Shown piece after piece: positions 39,052-48,979 of a stretch of DNA of 64,000 nucleotides. The DNA lies in IMG/VR virus record IMGVR_UViG_3300043786_000977, positions 62,001 to 126,000 of that record; one strand, written 5' to 3'. The notes beneath the pieces were generated by a model. That model had not been told where the DNA came from. It ran no database searches and was given only the letters and a program-made list of their open reading frames with translations. A program made the position numbers and the translations under genes. The stretch's first letter is position 1. Each line of letters starts with the position of its first letter.

Positions 39052-40176
39052 ATGAACAAGACATTTCCAACACTCTACAAACTCACAGGCACAGGCGAGG
39101 TCCAGGAATGGACGATCATCGTTGAAGGCAACAAGATCTTCACCCGGTTCGGCCGGCACGGTGGCAAGATCCAGGAGTCCGCTCCTGACGTGATTACTGA
39201 AGGTAAGAACACAGGCAAGAAGCACGCCCGTGACCCCGAGATGCAGGCTGCGTCCGAGGCACAGTCCAAATGGGAGAAGAATCTCAAGAAGGGGTACGTT
39301 GACTCAATCGAAGCTGCCAAGGCAGGTGCCGTCAGTGACCTGGTAGAAGGTGGCGTATGGCCCATGCTGGCGAAGGTTTACAGTAAGGCGGGTAGCAAAA
39401 TAAAGTGGCCCGCGGCGTGTCAACCGAAACTAGATGGCCATCGCTGTATCGCAATCGTGGACGCAAAGGGTAAGTGTACCTTGTGGTCACGTACGCGTAA
39501 ACCGATAAACAGCCTACCGCACATCGTACGTGCAATCGAAGCGACCGGCGTACGTAACGTCACGTTGGACGGTGAGGCCTATAATGCCGATTACCACGAT
39601 CGGTTTCAAGAGTTGTCGCACTTCATCCGGCAGTCTGAGCCTATTGAAGGTTGTGAGGCGGTGAAGTATCACATTTATGACACAGCAGCATCCGAAAACT
39701 TCGCGTTCAGGACGGCCTGGTTGGCCCAGTGGTTACCAAAAGATACGGACGTACTGGTGCGCGTGGAGACTATACTCGTAGCGAACGAGGATGAACTCAT
39801 GGCCGCGTTCGCACATTATCGCTCCCAAAAGTACGAAGGGTGCATGGTACGTAATCTCGGCGGTTTGTACGAGGGGCATCCTACGCACAGGAGCAACGAC
39901 CTTCAAAAAGTCAAAGCGTTTCAAGATGACGATTGGCCGATTGTCGGTGTTGTAGCGGGGCGCGGCAAACTAGCCGACTGCGGTATATTCGTATGCGAGA
40001 CGAAGAGTGGTAAACGTTTTGAGGCAAAGATGATCGGAGAACTCACTGAACTCAAGCAGTATCTGAAGCACCCGGAGCAGTTTATTGGGAAACTGCTGAC
40101 GGTGCAGTATCAGGGATTGACCGACGACGGGTTGCCCCGGTTCCCTGTTGCGTTACGTATTCGCGAAGATCTATAG
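39052..40176 (+). CDS. lig: ATP-dependent DNA ligase with WGR-like N-terminal domain
   Basis: QPKLDGHRC, LDGE, YEGCMVR, KVK, PRFP. Confidence 0.95.
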   Translation: MNKTFPTLYKLTGTGEVQEWTIIVEGNKIFTRFGRHGGKIQESAPDVITEGKNTGKKHARDPEMQAASEAQSKWEKNLKKGYVDSIEAAKAGAVSDLVEGGVWPMLAKVYSKAGSKIKWPAACQPKLDGHRCIAIVDAKGKCTLWSRTRKPINSLPHIVRAIEATGVRNVTLDGEAYNADYHDRFQELSHFIRQSEPIEGCEAVKYHIYDTAASENFAFRTAWLAQWLPKDTDVLVRVETILVANEDELMAAFAHYRSQKYEGCMVRNLGGLYEGHPTHRSNDLQKVKAFQDDDWPIVGVVAGRGKLADCGIFVCETKSGKRFEAKMIGELTELKQYLKHPEQFIGKLLTVQYQGLTDDGLPRFPVALRIREDL

Positions 40177-40699
40177 TACCACGGGTACGCAGGTATGCGG
40201 CCGCCTTTTCGAGTAGCTCCGGACTATCTTGTAAGTGACCCATACCTGTGTTACACGTACCGCAGAGTAGTCCTCGTATTTTTCCTGTTTTATGGTCGTG
40301 ATCTACAGCAAGAGGACGTTTACGTGGTTTTCGTCCACATATAAGACACCGATTATGTTGTAAGGCACATAAAACAGCGTAACCGCCTTCGGGTAGGCTG
40401 AAAAAACGTTCTGTACGTAACTGTAGTACACGTTGCTTATTTTGCTGATACCACAGCCGCGCCTGCTCTCTGTGTCTATCCTTATTAGCTTCAGCCCACT
40501 TTCGTTTATACGCTTTGATGCGTTCAGCGTGTTTCAGGTACGTGCGTTGCGCGTGTGTCTTTGTTAGTTCTGGGTGCGCTTTACGCCATTCTTGTTGATA
40601 CGTCCGCATCCCATCGGGGTCAGCGGCGCGTCTACGGCGCATGTAGTCACGACGTTCAATACGTTTAGACTCAGCTGTTTGCCTGGTATGTGTTTTCAT
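40082..40699 (-). CDS. Endonuclease VII-like (HNH) free-standing endonuclease
   Basis: CLICG...VDHDHKTGKIRGLLCGTCN; 3' end overlaps the ligase convergently. Confidence 0.88.
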   Translation of the reverse strand: MKTHTRQTAESKRIERRDYMRRRRAADPDGMRTYQQEWRKAHPELTKTHAQRTYLKHAERIKAYKRKWAEANKDRHREQARLWYQQNKQRVLQLRTERFFSLPEGGYAVLCALQHNRCLICGRKPRKRPLAVDHDHKTGKIRGLLCGTCNTGMGHLQDSPELLEKAAAYLRTRGTIDLREYVTQQGTGATRRRSIPDTAPSAVSQ

Positions 40700-40736
40700 A
40701 TCATCAACTATAGTAGCTTTGATGATATGAAGTCAA
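40695..40736 (-). promoter_or_regulatory. Promoter with start-codon-sequestering hairpin, leaderless
   Basis: TTGACT-N18-TATAGT-N7-ATG; perfect 13-bp inverted repeat TTCATATCATCAA/TTGATGATATGAA. Confidence 0.75.
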
Positions 40737-40763
40737 TACGAAAATCACGTAAGGAGGTATCTA

Positions 40764-40925
40764 ATGCCGCAAAGAAAGAAGATTGTGTTACCGCCCACTG
40801 ACATGACGCATGTCACGTGCGGGAAGTCTATTGGACAGTGCCCTGCCTGTAACCTGATGCTTATGCGTCAGGACGCAGGTAAGGTGTGTCCGCGTTGCGA
40901 ACAAAAACTGACGAAAGGAGCATGA
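40764..40925 (+). CDS. 53-aa Zn-ribbon protein, not in ORF track
   Basis: AAGGAGGT RBS; CPAC...CPRC. Confidence 0.65.
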   Translation: MPQRKKIVLPPTDMTHVTCGKSIGQCPACNLMLMRQDAGKVCPRCEQKLTKGA

Positions 40926-40926
40926 T

Positions 40927-41520
40927 ATGGGACAGTATTTCATACCAGTCAATCTGGACAAGAAAGAATATATCGACCCGCATACATTGGGTACGGGGTT
41001 GAAGTTGTGGGAACAACTGGCTAATTGGCCGGGTACCGGTGCAGCGTTAGTCGTGTTGTGCGCCGCAGAACGCGGAGCGCGTGGCGGCGGTGACTTTGAC
41101 ATGGAAGATAACTGGCACGGACCTGAACGTCAGTTTCCCCGTGACAATATGCAACCGGGCCCGATGCCCGAAACATATCAGACAATCGCGCAACGTACTA
41201 TCGGACGATGGGCGGGTGACCGCATTGCCATCGTAGGCGACTACGCAGTGGATAGCGATCTGGCTGCAGAACACAAAGCTGCCAGTATCTACAATCGCTG
41301 CATGTCTGACGAAGAGGCTGTTTCGGCTTTGGAGAAGCTGACAACGAAGGTGGCAGGTGTTACCACCAAGGAAGAAGCAGAAGAAATCCAAGCCGAAGTG
41401 CGCGATATTATCACCAATCGCTTCCGTGATATAACCGCGGATGTGTGTGCTGTAATCGGTCACGAGATGCGTGGCGAGTTCACTGGTGGCAGTTGGCGTC
41501 AGTTCAAACAGAAAACGTAA
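40927..41520 (+). CDS. Phage hypothetical protein
   Basis: MGQYF..VNLDKKEY...GLKLWE...GRWAGDRI.IVGDY pattern. Confidence 0.75.
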   Translation: MGQYFIPVNLDKKEYIDPHTLGTGLKLWEQLANWPGTGAALVVLCAAERGARGGGDFDMEDNWHGPERQFPRDNMQPGPMPETYQTIAQRTIGRWAGDRIAIVGDYAVDSDLAAEHKAASIYNRCMSDEEAVSALEKLTTKVAGVTTKEEAEEIQAEVRDIITNRFRDITADVCAVIGHEMRGEFTGGSWRQFKQKT

Positions 41521-41523
41521 CAA

Positions 41524-41982
41524 ATGCAACGACAATCATGGGATGAGTATTTCATGATGCTGGCAACCGACGTAGCGACACGGTCGAAAGATCCGTCCAC
41601 GCACGTCGGCGCCATTATCGTAGGTCCGGATAACGAGATCCGGGCTACCGGGTACAACGGTTTCCCACGCGGGATTCAGGATAGCGATGCGCGATTAGTG
41701 GATCGCCAGAGTCGGCTTGACTTCACTGTACACGCCGAACCGAACGCCATATTCAATGCTGTACGCATAGGCACATCCACCCGTGGGTGTACCCTGTATG
41801 TTGCGGGATTACCCCCGTGTCACGAGTGTGCTAAGGCAATGATACAGGCTGGTATCATCCGCGTAGTATACAAGAGTGACGACGTACCAGAACGATGGGC
41901 TAGTTCCGTCGCACTGGGTGCGTTACTTCTAACTGAAGCGGGAGTGCGGAGGAGTAAACTAGTATGCCAGCCATCACAGTAA
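41524..41982 (+). CDS. dCMP deaminase
   Basis: SKDPSTHVGA, GYNG, HAE, PCHEC. Confidence 0.95.
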   Translation: MQRQSWDEYFMMLATDVATRSKDPSTHVGAIIVGPDNEIRATGYNGFPRGIQDSDARLVDRQSRLDFTVHAEPNAIFNAVRIGTSTRGCTLYVAGLPPCHECAKAMIQAGIIRVVYKSDDVPERWASSVALGALLLTEAGVRRSKLVCQPSQ

Positions 41983-42311
41983 ATTGGACATGGGAAGAAG
42001 CCTTCGATAAGTTTGGTTTCGGTGACGGCGACGGTCTTAATATGACCGATGACGTCGCCTCAGCTATCGCGGGTAGGTTTCCTAATTTAGACGTGACAAC
42101 GGAAACCTGGGGTATCCATAATTACATCATCTTCGCAATCACGGAAAAAAGGAACAAGAAGAGTGTCTACAAACCTTGTCCTGATGAGGGTGCTGAATGG
42201 AGTATCGGTTACGATGAGCCCCGTAAATATCTACCCGACAATATCGTGAGGTTCCTGGACAGAACGTTCCCGGATAAACCTGCGAAGAAAGCGAGGAAGA
42301 AACATGCCTAA
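41964..42311 (+). CDS. Hypothetical protein
   Basis: GAGGAG RBS; WEEAFDKFGFGDGDG. Confidence 0.65.
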   Translation: MPAITVNWTWEEAFDKFGFGDGDGLNMTDDVASAIAGRFPNLDVTTETWGIHNYIIFAITEKRNKKSVYKPCPDEGAEWSIGYDEPRKYLPDNIVRFLDRTFPDKPAKKARKKHA

Positions 42312-42756
42312 CTGGTGTTCGAACAGAGTGGCTGTGGACGGTGATCCTATTCTTATTCGTAGGTTTAAGAAGGCTGTTGCCGGCACCCGTAATGACGAGA
42401 ACAAGCAGTTCAGTTTCAACCACATCACTCCGATACCACGTGAGTACAGAACAATGACCTGCCCGGTATCGGACAAGGATAAGAAGAAGTCTGCTGCGCT
42501 TGCGCAAAAGTACGGCTCCCCTGACTGGTACGACTGGTGTATAAAGAACTGGGGTACCAAGTGGGATCTACCCGTTGACGAGGACGTACTGGAAGACGAG
42601 GAACACGAGAAGACGTTTGGTCGTCTGTGTTATTGTTTTGACACGGCCTGGGGACCGCCCTCACAAATCTGTACCAAGCTGCGCGAAATGTTCCCGGATC
42701 TGACCATCAGTTGGTTCTACGACGAACCGGGTATGGCTGTAGCGGGATACCTATAA
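42304..42756 (+). CDS. DUF1281/YubB ferredoxin-like protein
   Basis: MPNWCSN, WYDW...NWGTKWD, FDTAWGPP, EPG. Confidence 0.85.
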   Translation: MPNWCSNRVAVDGDPILIRRFKKAVAGTRNDENKQFSFNHITPIPREYRTMTCPVSDKDKKKSAALAQKYGSPDWYDWCIKNWGTKWDLPVDEDVLEDEEHEKTFGRLCYCFDTAWGPPSQICTKLREMFPDLTISWFYDEPGMAVAGYL

Positions 42757-42765
42757 GATTGCGTG

Positions 42766-42791
42766 CTACCTGGTCTACAAGGGCCAGGTAG
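42766..42791 (+). terminator. Stem-loop
   Basis: CTACCTGGTCT-ACAA-GGGCCAGGTAG. Confidence 0.55.
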
Positions 42792-42830
42792 TCACACAAC
42801 AACATAAATACAACAGTGTAAAGGAAAACC

Positions 42831-43229
42831 ATGCTAACAAAACAAGAACTCGAAATAGGCTTGAACCAGTTCACAGGTACCACGGCTTATCACAGGATCA
42901 GTCCGCTCTTTCAGAATATCGTAATGACAGACGGGGTGAACTGGCTCTGCAAAGAGGCACGTTGTTATTGGCTGGCGGAAGCCATAGCTTCCCACCAACC
43001 CACGGCAATGAAACATCGGGCACTTAAACAGGCACAGTTCTGGGATCTGTCCCGGGTACCCAGTGGTGCTTCCGCAATGACCCTGACATGTGGTTCCGGC
43101 AGTAAGCGAGCCAAACCCGTGATTACTCAAGAGATTAAGTATACAGATTTCCCGTTGGATACCATTCGCCTGTACTGTATGCCTAACAGCGACGGGCCAC
43201 AAGTGATCCTATTACCATCGGAGTACTGA
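42831..43229 (+). CDS. DUF6876-like protein
   Basis: QFTGT..YH, TDGV, CYWL, QEI.YTDFPL, LLPSEY. Confidence 0.8.
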   Translation: MLTKQELEIGLNQFTGTTAYHRISPLFQNIVMTDGVNWLCKEARCYWLAEAIASHQPTAMKHRALKQAQFWDLSRVPSGASAMTLTCGSGSKRAKPVITQEIKYTDFPLDTIRLYCMPNSDGPQVILLPSEY

Positions 43230-43230
43230 T

Positions 43231-43794
43231 ATGCACAATTTACATCTATGCGTGGTGCGTGCAGCGAGTGCCACGGAAGCAGAAAACGAAGTCGAAAGTT
43301 ACATCGCCGGTTGGGGTGACGAGAATAACTGGCGCACGATCTGTGGCTCGGTATCAGCGAAAGACGAAGTCCATATTACCGGTGATGGTCGGTACCCTCC
43401 GGATGCTGATATGACTATCACCAAAATCAACAAAATGTTCGCAGGCTGGGTAGAACATCCGGAGATCGGGATCATGGGTATCGATTTGGGACCCGCGATC
43501 AAGGAAGCCCTGCAAGCGGTTGTAGACGGCCACGTGTTCGAACAGAAAGAAGCGTTCAAACTCTATACCCTGGAACGGTACATCCATGACTTGTACGAAC
43601 GTGCAGGCAATGGCCTTAACGCACCCGGTACTATTCCCAACGTCTTTGAGCACGAGTACCATAACGGGGACTTCGACGAGTGCGGTGTCACGCACTGCGG
43701 CGATATCAGCGATTCAGAACTTAAAGACAGTGAACCACCAGAACTTAAAGACAGGGGCGACCTGTATGTCGTCTTTGTGGATATGCACTCATGA
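43231..43794 (+). CDS. Hypothetical protein
   Basis: MHNLHL N-terminus, VFVDMHS C-terminus. Confidence 0.65.
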   Translation: MHNLHLCVVRAASATEAENEVESYIAGWGDENNWRTICGSVSAKDEVHITGDGRYPPDADMTITKINKMFAGWVEHPEIGIMGIDLGPAIKEALQAVVDGHVFEQKEAFKLYTLERYIHDLYERAGNGLNAPGTIPNVFEHEYHNGDFDECGVTHCGDISDSELKDSEPPELKDRGDLYVVFVDMHS

Positions 43795-44189
43795 GTGATA
43801 CATTACACGACACGGTGCATCTCTTTGATGTGGTTGAGGGCGATGGCCCTCTAATGGAACTTGATGTCACTGTCACCAGCGAGTTCGGAGAAGGTATTGA
43901 ACTCAAACCCCAAGGTTACGGTGACTACTGCTCTGTCATCGGCAACGGCTGTCCGGTGCTGTTAGAAGTGTGCCAAGGACGGCTACGGTTAGTGGTATGG
44001 GCTGACATTAATCAGGAAGAACCCACGCATTACATCGACCTAGAGGGCGCACGTGAGGATAAACGGTTACCGGAGTGTGTCTGTAGTATCTGTCACATGG
44101 CGTGCAATCCTGTGAAAGCACATCTGCATCAGGGTGAATACATCGGCGATGAGTGTTGCTGGGACGATCGGCTGAAAGCAAGTGAGTAG
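43791..44189 (+). CDS. Hypothetical protein
   Basis: LVVWADINQEEPTH.IDLEGARE plus Cys-rich tail. Confidence 0.65.
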   Translation: MSDTLHDTVHLFDVVEGDGPLMELDVTVTSEFGEGIELKPQGYGDYCSVIGNGCPVLLEVCQGRLRLVVWADINQEEPTHYIDLEGAREDKRLPECVCSICHMACNPVKAHLHQGEYIGDECCWDDRLKASE

Positions 44190-44198
44190 GAGGTATCT

Positions 44199-44492
44199 AT
44201 GGGTTGGGGATTGACGATCAATAACGTTTACCTCAGTCGTGTGACAACAAAGGAATTACCTGAACTTGTCGACGAGTGTAAACGGATGGCACTGGACGCA
44301 CGCAAACGGTTACTAACGTTGGCTGCATCCACACCACATACCGTGGACGACGGTGATGGTAACAAGATCGAGTGGCATGAATATGTTATCGGTGAAACCG
44401 ATCGTATCCTGGACCAGCTCGAAGAGGACATAATCAAAGGATACCTGGCTAAATTAGCACAGGACAATCCTGAAAACGTGACGGGGGATTAA
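44199..44492 (+). CDS. Hypothetical protein
   Basis: AGGAGG RBS. Confidence 0.65.
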   Translation: MGWGLTINNVYLSRVTTKELPELVDECKRMALDARKRLLTLAASTPHTVDDGDGNKIEWHEYVIGETDRILDQLEEDIIKGYLAKLAQDNPENVTGD

Positions 44493-44493
44493 C

Positions 44494-44943
44494 ATGGGCG
44501 CTGATATGATTGGGTACCTGGCAAAAGGACCCTATAAGATAACGAAGGCACAGAAAAAGGCCGCAGCCCGCGCATTACTAAGTCTGGCACGGACCTGGTT
44601 ACTGGATAACAAGTATGAGTGTCATAACTGCGGTGCTGTCGAGGACGATGTTAAAGGAGCCCTGACAGACCACAGTGATTGTCAGAATTGCGGTCTGCAT
44701 TATCCCGTATACCTACAGGCTATCACGTGTCTGACTCATGCGGAAAAGAAGGTGGACGAGTGGTGTGATAATTGGCCACCGACTTGGCGTGACTGCGCAC
44801 GGCGTACTGATCCGGACGATAAGAAACAGGTTCTGGTGTTTGCAGGTGATATGTCATGGGGCGATTCACCTGACGGTGGCGGTTACAAATACCTCGATGA
44901 GTTCTTGAATAGCGGTATCATTGATAAGTTAGGCATACGATGA
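44494..44943 (+). CDS. Zn-ribbon hypothetical protein
   Basis: CHNC...CQNC; GDMSWGDSP. Confidence 0.65.
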   Translation: MGADMIGYLAKGPYKITKAQKKAAARALLSLARTWLLDNKYECHNCGAVEDDVKGALTDHSDCQNCGLHYPVYLQAITCLTHAEKKVDEWCDNWPPTWRDCARRTDPDDKKQVLVFAGDMSWGDSPDGGGYKYLDEFLNSGIIDKLGIR

Positions 44944-45143
44944 AACGACTCAAAAGTGTCGAGACCGAGCAGTATGCGCTTGAAGTTGTTGAATGCGATT
45001 GCGGTTTTCATCTCGGTGTGGATGCCTCATATCTTGACCAGGTAGGTGATGTTGTCATAGCCTGCCCGAGTTGTAGCGCACAAATTGACACAACAAAAGT
45101 ATTCACGGAAGACTTTCCGGGTGCCACAAGAAAGGCAACATGA
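44940..45143 (+). CDS. Small Zn-ribbon protein
   Basis: CDCG...CPSC; ATGA overlaps at both ends. Confidence 0.6.
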   Translation: MKRLKSVETEQYALEVVECDCGFHLGVDASYLDQVGDVVIACPSCSAQIDTTKVFTEDFPGATRKAT

Positions 45144-45622
45144 AGATATATCTTGCACGACCGATAAGTGGATGTACGGCTGACGAGGTGTTCACGTACT
45201 ATGATAACCTGTCTAAGCAGTTACGCACGGCCGGATTCACTGTATTCCATCCAATGTACGGTAAGGATCAACTGCGTACCGACGTCAGGTTCAAGGCTGC
45301 TGACTATCGGCATCCGGCGTCCACCAACCATGCGATCATCGAACGCGACCGTTGGATGGTGACGCAGGCTGATGTAGTCTATGCCAATTTGATGCATGCA
45401 ACCTGTGTGTCCATCGGTACAGTGATGGAACTGGCCTGGGCACATCAGTTGGGTAGACATACTGTGTTGGCTATGAATACAAGTAATATACACGCCCATG
45501 CCTTCGTTAACGAGGCCGCGGATGTGATATGGCCGACCCACGAAGAAGCAGTCGATTACCTATATACGTTAGTACCGCCTGCAATATCTACAGGATGCTG
45601 TGGTCATGGCAACGATCACTGA
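45140..45622 (+). CDS. Nucleoside 2-deoxyribosyltransferase-like protein
   Basis: KIYLA.PI, ERD...V..AD, SIGTVMELAWA. Confidence 0.88.
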   Translation: MKIYLARPISGCTADEVFTYYDNLSKQLRTAGFTVFHPMYGKDQLRTDVRFKAADYRHPASTNHAIIERDRWMVTQADVVYANLMHATCVSIGTVMELAWAHQLGRHTVLAMNTSNIHAHAFVNEAADVIWPTHEEAVDYLYTLVPPAISTGCCGHGNDH

Positions 45623-47186
45623 TATCCTGAGTGACTGGCCCGAAGCCCGGGCACAGGAAGTAATGGAGAAGCGCCGGCTGGCAGCAACCACCGGCGCAGG
45701 CTCCATCTGTATTCCACAAAATAAACCGTATCCGTCGTACTACCCCTACCAACACGCTGATTATCCGCACAGGAAACAGATCGGTAATTTGGCGCTAGAT
45801 CCGTGGCCGCGCATACTGGCACAGAAGCCAGAGGATTTGATCCCCGTGGATCCGTTCACGCCCAGTCAGTATCGTGAGAACGGTTTGCAGATATGGGACG
45901 CCGCCGTCGGTATTCCTACGTCGATTATCCGTCCAAGTAAAGTCATAAAGACAAGGATGGTAGCGGCGCAGCGCAATACCAATACGGCATGGAAGGAACA
46001 GATCATACCCGCGTTGAGCCGTGTCGGCCCGTTGGGTCCAGACAGAGAATTCCTTCGTCCATCTGGACCGTTTATCATCGATCTGATGTACCACCCGATG
46101 GGTTGGCGTATACTGGTAGGCGCACACGCTCTGGCTCACCGTGTTGCTGAAATGAAGAAACAACAGTGGAAGGTAAACCAGCAGCACATAGGACCCACGA
46201 ACTACCACTTCCGGCGTTTCGTCACACACCTTACTGTGTGTTGGTTCTATGGCTTGCCTATGGATGTGTGGTGTCTAGACGAGGGACTGAAAGGTACCTC
46301 AGATATTCGGCAGTACGGAATAGAGATAAAGTCCTCCAGTTATTTCCGGACACCTATCTTACGCGTACCGCCGTTGAGCGGCGAATCGCCGCGGCCGGAT
46401 GATGTCATTGCCTTCTTGAACACGAGCGTGTTTCTGGAACCCCATCCCCACGGATTCACAACTGGATCCAATAAATGGTTCGAGGTGAATAGGTGGTCCT
46501 GCAGTCCTACGATGATAGTTATATCAGGGTGGGAATTGATTGACGTCGTGGCCCATCAAGTGTTATGCTCGTCTGATCCGGATAATCCCAGCGAAACACC
46601 TTGTTACGGTATGAACCCGCTGGATCTGCAGTCACCCGATACGTTCGGCGCATACCTAGCTTATGCCGTTAAGCATCGTGGTATGCCTATGGTTGACAAT
46701 AAGCGGTATTGGTTGGTTGAAGACTGGTTGACGAGTGCCGACTTTAATAATGCTGTTAACGAGGCACCACCGCTTCCGTGCAAGGCCTGCTTGCAGATGA
46801 ACATGCGCGCCGATGGTGCGCCTCATCGACCACAGAGCCGTTATCCTGATGACTGGGATAAGAAGAAGGCACAACATGCGCTAAAGAAATACCGCTACAA
46901 CGCTGATGAGCTGGAATGGGTGGAATGGGAGACCCAGTTGGATACGGTGGGTTCAATCATTGAACGGGCCACGATTGCATATGAAACCCGTATCTATGGA
47001 CACACTGATGCAATCCGGCGCCGGAGACTACAACAGGTCAATTACCGCAAACGCGTGATACGATTGAAGCAGATACAAACCATAGCCAAGAAGATAAATA
47101 AAGCACGCCGCAATTCACAGCCCGACACTGCCAGGAAACTGGAAGCTGAACAGACTGCATTACTGCGTGCATTTAGCGGAGGCTGA
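45606..47186 (+). CDS. Hypothetical protein with possible PD-(D/E)xK domain
   Basis: GTSDIRQYGIEIKSS...ISGW. Confidence 0.55.
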   Translation: MATITDILSDWPEARAQEVMEKRRLAATTGAGSICIPQNKPYPSYYPYQHADYPHRKQIGNLALDPWPRILAQKPEDLIPVDPFTPSQYRENGLQIWDAAVGIPTSIIRPSKVIKTRMVAAQRNTNTAWKEQIIPALSRVGPLGPDREFLRPSGPFIIDLMYHPMGWRILVGAHALAHRVAEMKKQQWKVNQQHIGPTNYHFRRFVTHLTVCWFYGLPMDVWCLDEGLKGTSDIRQYGIEIKSSSYFRTPILRVPPLSGESPRPDDVIAFLNTSVFLEPHPHGFTTGSNKWFEVNRWSCSPTMIVISGWELIDVVAHQVLCSSDPDNPSETPCYGMNPLDLQSPDTFGAYLAYAVKHRGMPMVDNKRYWLVEDWLTSADFNNAVNEAPPLPCKACLQMNMRADGAPHRPQSRYPDDWDKKKAQHALKKYRYNADELEWVEWETQLDTVGSIIERATIAYETRIYGHTDAIRRRRLQQVNYRKRVIRLKQIQTIAKKINKARRNSQPDTARKLEAEQTALLRAFSGG

Positions 47187-47187
47187 A

Positions 47188-47688
47188 GTGCCGAAATATA
47201 TCATTGCTATCGATCCTGGAAACATGAACACTGCGTTAGTTGTATACGACTGCGTGACAAAACGTCCGATATTTGCGCAAAAAGCATCCAATGCGGACAT
47301 ACTGAACATACTGCACAGCAAGGTAACACGCTACGACGATAGTCAAGTATGTATCGAAATGGTCGCATCCTACGGCATGCCAGTGGGACGCACAGTCTTC
47401 GATACATGTGTCTGGATCGGTCGATACCTTCAACATATGGTGCCACAGCGTATAGCACGGCTTATCGTCCGTAAGGATGTCAAGATGCATATATGCGGCT
47501 CCACACGCGCCACTGATGCAAACATCCGGCAGGCGTTGATTGACCGTTATGGTAATACGGCGGCTGTGGCCGTGGGTACCAAGAAAGATCCAGGCCCCTT
47601 GTACAAATTGGGTAATGATGAACGGGCTGCTTTGGCACTCGCTATCACTGCAGCCGAGACAACAAGCGAATACAAAACGGGAGAATGA
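47188..47688 (+). CDS. RuvC-like Holliday junction resolvase
   Basis: IAIDPG, CIE, VKMH.CG..RA, DERAALALA. Confidence 0.85.
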   Translation: MPKYIIAIDPGNMNTALVVYDCVTKRPIFAQKASNADILNILHSKVTRYDDSQVCIEMVASYGMPVGRTVFDTCVWIGRYLQHMVPQRIARLIVRKDVKMHICGSTRATDANIRQALIDRYGNTAAVAVGTKKDPGPLYKLGNDERAALALAITAAETTSEYKTGE

Positions 47689-47689
47689 G

Positions 47690-48451
47690 ATGCGTACAAC
47701 ACTGTTAGACCACGTGACTCAGGCGTGTCTCCATACTAAGGCACGCTTGCCCGCAAGTCGTGCCCTGTTCGATATTATCGAAGGGACCTCACCGAAGTGT
47801 CACCAGTGGGCGACATGGACACGCCCGCTCGATTACACACCGTTACCTGCACACGCGATCGTATGGCCGGATCCTGTGTTCTGTCTGGAGAGTCTGCATT
47901 CGGTCGTCCCTGATCCGTATGGACTCACGCTCGACGTGGGACATACAGGTCTTGGTTTTGATATATGGTTCAGATCACTGGCGTGGTCTATGCCGGGCTT
48001 GCTCGTCTGCCAGCGCAGTCTAGCCAGCTTCGACGTTATCCCGCTTGTCTTGAATACACCCAAACTTAATCTGTGCGTACCCGAGGTACATCTGCAGTAC
48101 GCGTATGAATCAGGTACGGGTTGGACATGGGGCAAGGTAGAAGGTGTCGGTATCAACACGACTATGCACGATTTCATGTTGGGTCTCATGCAACCGCGTG
48201 AACAACGTGATGTTACGCAGAACGTGAATGACCTCGCCCTTGCGATTGGTCAGTACCTGGGTGCTTACGCACAGTGGATCCGGCAGCCGGGACACTGGCA
48301 AGTGGTACCAAGTAAGGCGCCTCGTGTGAAAGAAAAGAATGGAGTCGTCAAGAAGGTATACTCGTATGGTTCGGCAGGATACAAAACGTTTATCCCAGAT
48401 AGGAAGGAATCCAATGCTTGCAATTCAGCTTGTAATGCCCAGCGAAGGTGA
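47690..48451 (+). CDS. Hypothetical protein
   Basis: GGGAG RBS. Confidence 0.55.
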   Translation: MRTTLLDHVTQACLHTKARLPASRALFDIIEGTSPKCHQWATWTRPLDYTPLPAHAIVWPDPVFCLESLHSVVPDPYGLTLDVGHTGLGFDIWFRSLAWSMPGLLVCQRSLASFDVIPLVLNTPKLNLCVPEVHLQYAYESGTGWTWGKVEGVGINTTMHDFMLGLMQPREQRDVTQNVNDLALAIGQYLGAYAQWIRQPGHWQVVPSKAPRVKEKNGVVKKVYSYGSAGYKTFIPDRKESNACNSACNAQRR

Positions 48452-48674
48452 TATGGCTCTGTTGAGTCAGGACGGTGGAACGATCTTGCTTCAACCGATC
48501 TTTTATGGTAATGAGTGTGCCGGTCCCCACCTAAGGGTGGTGGATGTAACGGTGAAGGACGGTAAACCTACCACTGAAATCACCATAAAGGAGCGGTTCA
48601 GATTACGGATTAAGCCTGACGGAAAACTGGAACTAAAACGCGGACTCACCGCAGAAACCGGGGCACAACCGTGA
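48414..48674 (+). CDS. Hypothetical protein
   Basis: AAGGA RBS. Confidence 0.55.
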   Translation: MLAIQLVMPSEGDMALLSQDGGTILLQPIFYGNECAGPHLRVVDVTVKDGKPTTEITIKERFRLRIKPDGKLELKRGLTAETGAQP

Positions 48675-48979
48675 GTCTGCCAACAATCCAAGAGCTCGGA
48701 CTCGTATCGCTACAGGTACAAGGTACAAAGGAACGTGTACGTGATAAATCAACTTGGGCAGAGTGTGATATTCAACCAGCATCGACTGGATTGCAGATCT
48801 TTCCTCGTAAGTCGTTTGAGGATAGTCAACAATGGGATCCTCAAACACTTGACCTTGTAAAGGAAATATGCGGTAGAGCAACCGATCTGGGCTATGATGC
48901 CTGGATGTGTAACAACGATCCGATCAATGGCGGATTTATTCAGGAGAAAAAAGATGAAGATGAACGTACGGCTAAATAA
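48671..48979 (+). CDS. Hypothetical protein
   Basis: GTGA-coupled ORF. Confidence 0.55.
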   Translation: MSLPTIQELGLVSLQVQGTKERVRDKSTWAECDIQPASTGLQIFPRKSFEDSQQWDPQTLDLVKEICGRATDLGYDAWMCNNDPINGGFIQEKKDEDERTAK

